64,000 nt of DNA from Bilabrum cf. latius (Eukaryota), in assembly GCA_965178125.1 (NCBI GenBank), contig OZ237755.1, positions 186,001 through 250,000 on the forward strand. The letters are read 5' to 3'. Shown piece after piece: positions 55,121 through 64,000 of this stretch. Numbering within the stretch: position 1 is the stretch's first letter; each line of letters starts with the position of its first letter. The notes beneath the pieces are model-generated. The model did no database searches, was not told where the DNA came from, and saw only the letters and a program-made list of their open reading frames with translations. The position numbers and the translations under genes were made by a program.

Positions 55121-55832
55121 TCAAGCCTTGATGGCCTTGCGCACAGCCTTAGACACCTGCGAACATAAATAAAAATAGATAGACAAGGAGCTGCCTCGAG
55201 TGAACTCGCGCCGCTGGCAAACCCCCCAGGCAAGCTATTTGCTGTTGTGATCTACCGGTGCCGCAACAAATCTCACAGCCTGGCGCTTGCGCATAGCGCG
55301 GAACCTCTCCAAATCAGTAAGGGAAGCCTTGACCTCGCGCCCCTCGATCTTCTTGGCCCACTTGGTGGCCTTCCACTGGTCCAGGACAGACTTCTCGCCG
55401 TCCTTGGCGGTGGTCAGTGCCTTCACGATAGTCTTCGCGCGAGCGTTCAGGCGGATGTTCAACCGGAAATCAGTCAACTGCAGGTCGTTGAAGTTGATCA
55501 TCTGGCGCTCCACGCCGTTGAAAGTCTTGGGGCCGTCCACGAGAGCCTGCAATGCAAGTAGGTTGTTTCGAGTGCTTGGTGAATCATGCCATCAACAAAG
55601 CCTTGTCACATGATACTTGAACACACTTTATCACAATGGCTGTAGCAGATGCGCAGCTTAGCAAAGAGTAGGTTTGCAGTACTCCAAGTCTCACGCGGTT
55701 CCTGTCGACAACATCCACGATGGTGCAAAGCTTGCCCTCCTCGGCACCCTTGCTGATAACACACAGGCGGCCAATCTGCACGTACCTCTTGAACAGAGTC
55801 TTGCGCTGGAAGCTCCCCTCAGCCGCTGCCAT
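55121..55832 (-). CDS. RPL14: 60S ribosomal protein L14 (eL14); exons 55695-55832, 55277-55546, 55121-55156
   Basis: FKRYVQIGRLCVISKGAEEGKLCTIVDVVDRNR|ALVDGP..VERQMINF..LTD..WKATKWAKK..LTDLERFRAM..KRQA|VSKAVRKAIKA*; ends TGA; no exonic TAG. Confidence 0.95.
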
Positions 55833-56089
55833 AGTTGAGAAAGTAGCAATATACAGCCGGGTTGAGGTTTGTGGTTGCTTTGGCGGGCCTGATCCGATCT
55901 TGCGAACGTTCGACAGAACCTGTATCAACTGCACCCATTTTGAATGGTTCAAACGAAGCAAACAATGATGTAACCCTGTCTTGTTTTTGCATGCATCACT
56001 ATCACATTGTGTTACGCGTGATATGTCGATCCGTACGGTCTAGGGGGAGAAGGGTGCTTTCCAGCTCGGCCAGGTAGCCACTCCAAGCC

Positions 56090-59000
56090 ATGCTGCAAGA
56101 CGTGGCAACAGAAGAGCTTTCCAATGCACTGGGCTACATGTCAAACGGTTGCTAGGCGCAACATGAGGCCCGTGATGAGCAGCAAGTCACACCCTTGCTG
56201 AGAGCCGCAATAGCTTGCAAGGTATGTTTGGAACCAACTTCTACTAACAACGAAACTCTGCAGGAAGCTTACAAGGCAATTAACTTCACCGGCAAATCAA
56301 TGAAGTGTTTTGCATCCCACGGCTTGCTTCTGATTGCTGCCGCTGAAGTACTCGAAGGGAGGCTGCTGACCGAAGGACTGCATCGGGCAGGGTGGGAAGC
56401 AGCTCGCGGAATTCTCCCGGCCCTCCGGGTATCCAGAGAGCACGGCCTATCTTCATCAGTCGCAGATTAGGATGTACCTCCTCTCCACACCGTTGCTGCA
56501 TCCCCAGTTGCGGCTGCCGTTGCTGCGGGAGAGGCCCTTGCCCGGCTCGCCTGGAGCCACGATGCGCTTGCATCGTTCGGGGCAAGCTCATTCTCAGATC
56601 GGCGGCCCGCGCCTGGCATACCAAGGGGCGGCATTAGGAGTGCCACATAGGCCATCACATCGGCAGCTCTAGATCTTGCCCAGATTGCCACTGCATCTGC
56701 GCAATTTTGCAGCAGCGGTGCTGCTTCCATCGGGCCTGCCGTGCCCACGCTGTGCCTCCACCTGCAGACAGGAATGGAGCTTACTGAAAACCTGGCGCGC
56801 GATATCCTGAAGGGGGCGCCTCGGGATGGCCTCGGCGGAGCCGCCCTGCCAGAGGGGGAGGGGTGGGGGCTGGTCCCGCGCGAGACGGGGGAGCACAGGG
56901 GCACTCGACCCTAGCAAGCCATTGATGTCATCCCTCCTCCTCCTTCTCCTTCTCCTTCACCACCTCCGCCTGCAACAGCGCCCTTGGTGCCTGTGCCCGA
57001 CTCGGAGCTAGACACCTTGCGGTCTGGGCTGCGTGCCATGCGACTCGGCGGGGCGGATGCTGCCCTGGCTGCAGCGTCAGCGGCACGACGCGCGGCAGGT
57101 GGCCCAGCCTCAGTGGAATCACCCGATGGTGCCTTGGCAGCTAGGGGCGCAGGGGAAGCCGCGGTCCTCGGCGCTGCTGCCTCTCGGCTCTGCCTGACTT
57201 GCCTGGTCTCTGCTGGCGTGGGTGCGCAAGGAGATCGGGAGCGCCGTTCGGTCGGGGCGGCATCGTCGAAGGCCGAGCACTGGCAGGGTGGATTGGCCGA
57301 CGCGGGGGAAGAGGAAGTCGCCAGTCTGCACGAGGGCCTCTGGAGCAGCTTGGTGGCTGGTACCCGGGCACTCGAGAGCTAGCTGGACCCGCTCCCACAC
57401 GACGTTGACGTTGCCTCGAGCATCTCGCTCGACGATTCTGCGCTTGCCCTGCAGTCCGCTTTGTCCATGCTGCGCACCCTGCATCGCACGAGCGAGAGTA
57501 GAATATCAGAGAGCACAAATTCCCGAGCGGGGAAAGCAGCGAATCGGATGGCAGGGACCGGCCGTGGCGCTGCGAAGATGCTAGCAGCCTGTGCCCGGTC
57601 TATCGGTGCCATGGGTCCGCCCATGGTGCAGGCCGGCTTGCCCGGCATCCGGTCCGCCTGCATGGGCGGTCTGGAGGAAGCGCGGGAGACACTGGAACTG
57701 CTTGCCGCTGCTGATGCGAATGCTAGCAGGGGCGGCGATGAGGATGGCTGGAAGGAGGCCTGGCAGGAGCTCGCGCGAGCCTCGTGGCTGCTGCTGGATG
57801 CCGTTGCGTGCTCTGACCTGGCGCCGGAGGCAGGCCAACCCGCTGAAACTGGCAGTGGTGTTGCCGCTCAACGTAGTGCCAACGGATGGCAGTCAATGGG
57901 TCTTTATGCTCTTGCTCGCTGCACAGGGCTAGCAGCAGATGTGGCAGTGGCTTGCAGGAGACAGTCGAGTGGGGTCGAGCCGTCAGTTCATGCGGCAAGA
58001 GGTGCTCCCGATAGTTTCAGGCAGTGGCTGCCAGCGCATGTCCTGGCCAACACTACGCTGGGTGTGAGGAGCGGTGCTGCTGAGCACGCAGCAAACGATC
58101 ACACTAGCAGCCTTGATGCGGCTGCATTCCTGGCCCTGTCGAGGTGCATGGAGGCTCGCAGTGGTCAGGAGGTCGATGCATCGAGTGCTTCTCGTGAGAT
58201 CGTGTCGGGGCTGCTCGAGACGGAGATGACCGTGCAGCGCTTCTGGCGATAGTGGACACGAGCAGGAGCCGCCGCACAGGACGCCTCACCGCATCCATCG
58301 CATCGTTCTGAAGAGGCAGAGCAGGCCCGGTCCGGAGACTTTCACTTCCACAGCAGTCAACCTGATCAGGTGAGTCCACTGGGGCGGCAGAGGGCCATGA
58401 GAATGGACGCGCTGGAAAGTGCCCGGCGTAAGCTGGAGCCATGGACGAGAGCCGCAGACGTGCTATTTTCCCGAGCTGCAGCGGGGCAGGCGGCCCGTGC
58501 AGCCAAGAGAGCCGGAATGCACCGAGGCAGCGCCTCATGGGGACGACTCGATCAGGTGGACGGCGGGGATCTCTCTGCCCCCGGTGCCGCATAGGCAGAG
58601 GTAGATACGAAGGTAGGACGGGAGCTCAGTCTTATCTTGGCTCAAGAGGGCGAGCGCGCTGCAGCGCAGGCCCACCGGAGAGGAGAACCTCCCAGCAGCC
58701 GGGCAAGCACCCTCGCCGACCCGACTCTGGGGCTGGCTGAGGCTGCAGACGTGCTTCTGCGGTCCGGTAGAAGGATTCTCGGGTCACCTGAGAGCACTCC
58801 AGGCGTCGAGGATGCTGCTGTGTCGTATCCTGCAGTGTCTAGAGCCGCCCGCCGCGCGGCCTCAAGACTGGTGGCAGGGATGCGCAGGTCCGGGCTGGCA
58901 GCGGCGGGGAGCAGGGCCAGCGGGGGCGTGCACGTCGGACCTATGCCCACGGGATTAATCGCTAGATCTAGCGAGGAGGACTCGTCTAGAGCTCTCAGTG

Positions 59001-59839
59001 AAGCGGGTGACCAGCAGGTTGAGGTGGAGATGAAAGGGCTTCAGCCCGCTGTGGTCGCTGCTCCGATGCATCCACGAGGGGTCGCTTCGTTTGACTGCAT
59101 TGCATTGCACCGCATGAACGACTTGGTGATGCCGATGCTGCAGCTGCTGCAGATGCAGATGCACGAAACCAGCGAGGGTCCCAGGAGGCAGAGTGTGGCT
59201 GTACCTGAGACGGCTGACGACCTTGGCCCGCTCGCTCTGTGCGCCGCGCCGCTTGCGGGGGCTGTGTATACTGCGGTGGTAGAGACCGGCGAGTTGGCGG
59301 CATCTGCTGCTGAGTGGGCGAGCAGCGGGTCCGGACGGTGTGACGAGCTGGCCGAGGCAGCAGCTGGTCTAGCCGACGGTGTCTTGGTGAGCAGGTCGGC
59401 GCAACGGGCGCTTGGGTTGGGGGCGATCGAGGGTAGTGATGGTGATAGGGGTGCAGGCAGGGGTGGTAGTGGGGCTGGGGCTGGAGGATCCGGAGGGTGG
59501 GACGGGAAGCGGGGCCGAGCGGTGCTGGACGCTGCCATGCTTGAGGCCGGCGTGCTGGCTGGGGGTGCGGCGGAGCTTGAGGCAGCAGGGGGCGAGGCTG
59601 CCATGCGCTGTGTGGCGGCCTTGGAAGTGCTGGCGCAGGCAGCAGTTGGGGCGCTGCGGGCCGAGGTTGGGGCGTTTGGGGAGGGCGAGGGCGGCGGGTC
59701 GCGAGGTGGCAGGCCCGCTGGTGCAGGTGCGGTGCAGAGGGCGGTGCGGTCGTGTCGGTGCATCGCTCGGCTGTGCAAAGCGGTCGGGGCGGACTGCAGG
59801 TAGCTGGAGATGGAGTTGGTGCACCTACGGCGAGGGTGA
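56090..59839 (+). CDS. Hypothetical Ala/Leu-rich, probably alpha-helical protein (~1249 aa; 8 TAG)
   Basis: ORF fragments 56195, 56984, 57461, 58370 and 58637 all lie in frame +2, separated only by TAG. ATG 56090; TGA 59837-59839. Confidence 0.6.
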
Positions 59840-59997
59840 ACTCTGCCGGAACGGGTTTTGCCTCTGCATAGACACATGATCCTGATTTGTTGCAATTTTG
59901 CGTGGATTCGGAGCCACGGTACTTGCGCAACGGTTCAGATTCGAGCCTGCCAGACCTTGTTTGTGACTATAGTTCCGAACAGGACTGCATCTATATA

Positions 59998-62900
59998 ATG
60001 ATGAATCGTGTTTAGTCGGTGCGGTGAATTGGATGGCTCGTATGAGGGCCTCACTGCTGCGTTAAACAACTGTGCAAGCACACTGTCTTTACATGTCTTC
60101 GATTCCTTGTGAGACGTTTACAGCCGGCAGTCTGAATGTGCACCATGTATCTCTTGCCGCAACTTGTATCTGCACTTTCTCTCTTCGTCTTGCTGCTGCA
60201 GCCTCCGGCCCCAGGCGGCCGGAGCTTAAGCTGTCATTGCGAGCTTACCCCCTCAAGAGATCTGACAAAGGGCATTGGGAGCAGCTTGATGCTGGAGACA
60301 AACTCATACTACCGCCTGCAGCATTTCAAGAGGCTGCACGGATTCGCCTCCCCATGTCCAAGGGCGTTGTACTCAGGGTGTAGAACGAGCGCAACAAGAC
60401 TAGAGGCGCGATACCGGGCCGGGACGGGAAAATTGCTGAAACTATCCAGCAGTACGCGGGTGTGTACGAGTTCAGCGCACCAGAAGGCACTTGCTACATT
60501 CCCGCTCCAGTCATGCACAACGTAGGGCTCCGCGCTGGTTCCAAGGTGCTGCTCACCTCGGTGAAGAACCCTCCCAAAGGCCAATTCGCGAAGTTTCAGC
60601 CGGACAGCACCGCCTTCATCGACCTTGCCGCAGCCTTTGGCCCCAGGGAGCTCATGGAGCAGGCCATGAAGCACTACTCGGTTCTTTCCAAAGGCCAGGT
60701 CCTTGACGTGCGAGCAGCAGGGGAGGCGCATCGCCTGACCGTGCTCGAGGTGAAGCCGGGCAAGTGCGTGTCCCTGTACGGCGACCTGGACCTGGAGGTG
60801 GACTTTGCACCTCCCAAGGACATGCCGGAGCAGGGCGGCATGCGGAGGAGGAGGCCGTCTTCGGCGCGGGGAGCAGCCCCTGCCAGTGTCGGTGCCCCCA
60901 GTGGTGGCGGTGCTGATGGTGCGGCAAGGTCTGGGGAAGGGCCCGGCGACGACTAGATCTAGTAGCGCAAGGCCAGCGGGCCAGGCAAGATCACTGGCGC
61001 AAGCAGTGCCAGTGGACCGAAGGACGCAGCCGCTGCAGGTGCATCGCATGGGGGTGCACATGGGGGCGATGATGACCAGGCTAAAGCGGCACCAGACCCG
61101 TTCGCCGGCCCTGCCCGGTCGGTAGGGGCGAGAACAGACCCCAAGACTGGGCTCACAGCTGTGGACAGTCGCGGTCGGAAGCACACGAGCCTTGCAGTCA
61201 CCAAAGATGCAGCAAGGCTGCGTGAGCTCGCCTTGGAGAGGAAGAGGAGAGCCGCCTCGCTGAGGCGGAGAGCGGCTGCAGCCAACAACAGCAATCCCAA
61301 GGTTGGCGGAGACACGCAGGGTGCTGGTAGCGGCGGCCTGTTTGACGATGGACCAGGGCAGGGGAGTGCGCGAGAAGGCAGTGCGACAGGTCTTCAAGAT
61401 GCGCCGCTCGTCGGTCGAAGAGTGGGCGAACCGCCAGCCTCAAGCGCAGCACGGGTCGACGGTTGTGAATCGGACGCTCGCGCCCGCGAGATGCACGCAA
61501 CCTTGTCCCAGCTGAGAAACCTACGGATCAGGCGGAAAGGGACACCCACACCGGCTCTGCCCAGCGAGTCGGGCGCTCTCAGCAGCATGGCCCTGGGGGC
61601 ACTCAGGGAACAACTGGCTAGCCTCGGGGCAGCAGTACAGTCCATGCCGCAGCCGCACTCGCCCGCCAACCCTGCCTGGGTCCGCGGCCAGCTCCGCATG
61701 CGGGTCCTGCAGAAGCGCGCTGCCATGCTGCAGAAACATCTGGATGCAACTCCGGTCACGTTCGAAGCGCGTGTGAGGGGAGGCGCGTCTGCAGCCGGCA
61801 GAGATGCAGCGGCAGGCGTGGGCGTGGCTGCGATGCCGGGGGCGAGCCAGGCCCGGGTGCGAGGTGGGGGCCACAGCGCAGCCGCAGAGTCCCTCCAGGA
61901 CATGGAGCAGGATGCGAATGGAGCTGGCATGCTGGGCTCGACTGCTGCGAGGGGCAAGACAGTGCATGTGGCACGGTACAGTGGCAACAGCGACGAGGGT
62001 GCGCCGACGCTGGCTGCTGCGCGCGCTGCGCAGGCCGCGATGGTTGACCCGTTCGCGAGAAGGTCTGGGCCAGGGAACAAGGGTGGGTCGGGGTGGGGCC
62101 TGCTTGGAGCGGGGAACAACGACCGGCAGGAGGAGAGTCTCTCGAGTGGCGCGGAGCTCCGGCAGCTCGCGACTCGGCTCGTCACAAGGCATCATGAGGG
62201 CTCAGGGTACCAAGCGGTGGCGACCTCGAGCAGCACATTACCATCGGCGCCGGCACAAAGCCCGTTCCGCGCCCGTCCACAGAGCGGCCGCAGGGTCGGT
62301 GCGAGCACGCAAGGCACAGGTAGCAAGAGCACAAACATGAGCATGCAACAGCGGGGGTCACCAGCTGGCCGGGCCGCAGGGCCGCGCTCCGTGGACACCG
62401 GCGTGCCTCGTCCCCGATTGCAGCATCAGTACCGTGGATCCGTCAGCCACGGTGGAATGGGGGCCGCAGCTGGAGCACTGAACAGCGAGTCTCCCGGGGA
62501 TGCATCGGCAGACATGTGGGGTGACCCCGGGGAGGCCGAGCTGGCAGAGCGGGTGTACGCGCGCGTGAAGGCGACCAAGGACGTGATCTGGGCTGCCAGC
62601 GAGGCGGGCATGCAGCTGGATGGATCCACTGCGGCACAGAGCGCCCTGCTGGCAGCGGCCATCGAGGCGTCCTTGCGGACACCGCCGCACCACAGGGGGC
62701 AAACGGGTGCGTCATCCGGAACGGGCGGCCGGGCGGGCGGGCCTGCTAGTCGTGGCGGAAGCAGCAGCAGGGCTGAGCGTGTACGGGGGAGGGCCAGCGG
62801 GCCGTCCCCGTCTGGGGGTCGCCTGTAGAGGGGGGCTGTTGGGAGGGGGGCAGGGGCTGGGGGTGAAGTTCGTCGCGATCTGGGCGGACGGCATGACTAG

Positions 62901-63992
62901 GGTGGTGCGTCGTCGCGGGAACGGGGAACCGGTGCAATCGATCGGTCAGGTGGGGGCGGGTTCATGGCCCGTTTGGCTGCTGGCCGGGCCCGTGGGCAGG
63001 CAAAGCTAGGGTCGAGGCCTGGGTCTGCCAAGAGCTAGAGCAAGGGACCAAGTGTCCCGGTTCATGTCCCTGGTTCGCGCAAAAGGGGCACGGGGAGGGA
63101 AAGGCGAGCAGGAGGAAACAGACCGATTTCGCTGGGGATCCAGGGAACAGGGGCCAGCGCAGCTCTGGCAGGTGGCTCACCTAGGGAACACGAGGCGGAT
63201 GAGAGCAGTCCCACTGCGGTGATGGCCCGGCGTGCGGGCGGTGGGGGCACTGGATCGGCGCTTAGACGAACTGGTTCAGGACGAGGATCTAGGCAGAGCC
63301 AGCAGCACCAGCAGGGGGACAGGAGCAGATAGCGGGTTGCAGCACCGGCTTGGCGGGACCGAGCACCTGCAGCTGGTGCCAGTCGGGACTCGCTGGGAAC
63401 TGGCTCTTCTTCACTTACCGGCGCTCGGGGGCCGCGACGCAGCCGACCCCCCAGCGGGGGCAGGACTCCAATTGGGGGCAGGTCGAGACCGCAGACTCCG
63501 CAAGGGGAGGACAGGGCGCTGCAGGCCGCGCTGCTGGCCAGCATCGGTGGTGGGGGTAGGAGCGGGGCTGTTGCACTCAGTCCTCCTACTCCTACTACTA
63601 GTGGCACCGCAACTGTTGCTGGCGTGGCGCGTGAGTACACCTCGTCTGCTGCAGCTGCACCCGGGGCAGATGCGGAAGATGCCATGCTGCAGGCCGCGCT
63701 GCGGGAATCGCTCGCTTCGGGTTAGGCAGGGAGCGACGGTGTGCCCGGGGGCGATGGGGGCGGCTAGAGGACTGCCGGTGGGGCTCAGCAGAATAGGGGC
63801 GCTAGAGAGGGAGGGAGGGGCCCTCCGGTGCGCACTGGCAGGGCTGGGGCGAGAACGGTTCCGTCGCAAAGAGGAGCAGGTGCACTGCATGTAGGCGCAG
63901 GCTCACGGTCGGGGCTGGGGCTGGGGCGAAGCGGCACGCTCGCAAGTCGCAGAGGACTTGGGAGAGGCTCCGGGAAAGAATCTAGCTCGTAA
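59998..63992 (+). CDS. UFD1-domain protein with SHP-like box and UIM-like motifs (5' exon structure uncertain; ~10 TAG)
   Basis: UFD1 N-domain: LDAGDKLILPPAAF..PM..VLRV*N..YAGVYEFSAPEGTCYIP..M....L..G..V......PKGQFAKFQP..F......RELMEQAMKHYSVLSKG..LTVLEVKP..CVSLY..DLEVDFAPP. Frame +3 is open from ~60200 to TAA 63990-63992 except for TAG. Later motifs: DPFAGPARSVG, EDRALQAALLASI and EDAMLQAALRESL. Confidence 0.75.
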
Positions 63993-64000
63993 GGTTGTAT

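Noticed and set aside
55235-55237. TAG as a genuine stop codon of RPL14 (ORF track 55235..55552)
   Set aside because: That TAG lies in a 120-nt intron (55157-55276). The spliced last exon encodes VSKAVRKAIKA and ends in TGA.

Overview
This is gene-dense, GC-rich eukaryotic nuclear DNA from a protist. It has short GT-AG introns and is probably SAR/stramenopile-like, which is a low-confidence inference. The ORF track looks fragmented because the genome does not use the standard code. About 100 in-frame TAG codons (manual count) lie inside otherwise intact genes. Several sit at family-conserved Gln positions: CAP-H2 'LI*NSACVYSKK', RAD1 'S*A...VL*', FabG4-like 'FR*GG.P.DVA' and 'SG*TLRVCG', TraB 'V*P', and GH3 'N*LGGY'. 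No modelled gene has an internal TAA or TGA, and every gene ends in TGA or TAA. The best reading is a nuclear code with UAG=Gln and UAA/UGA=stop, so UAG is decoupled from UAA. Re-read this way, the window resolves into about 22 genes. Recognisable ones are a FabG4-like SDR, delta-COP, RPL4, DUF3128/Emi1-like, TraB-like, a GH3 glycosidase, MICU1-like, RAD1, a GH33 sialidase, a GT34 glycosyltransferase, RPL24, RLP24, CAP-H2, RPL14 and a UFD1-domain/UIM protein. The rest include a protein with 3.6 x 984-bp repeats, a ~4,320-aa PH...SAM protein, a WW-domain protein with (Gly-Thr)37, and several hypotheticals.
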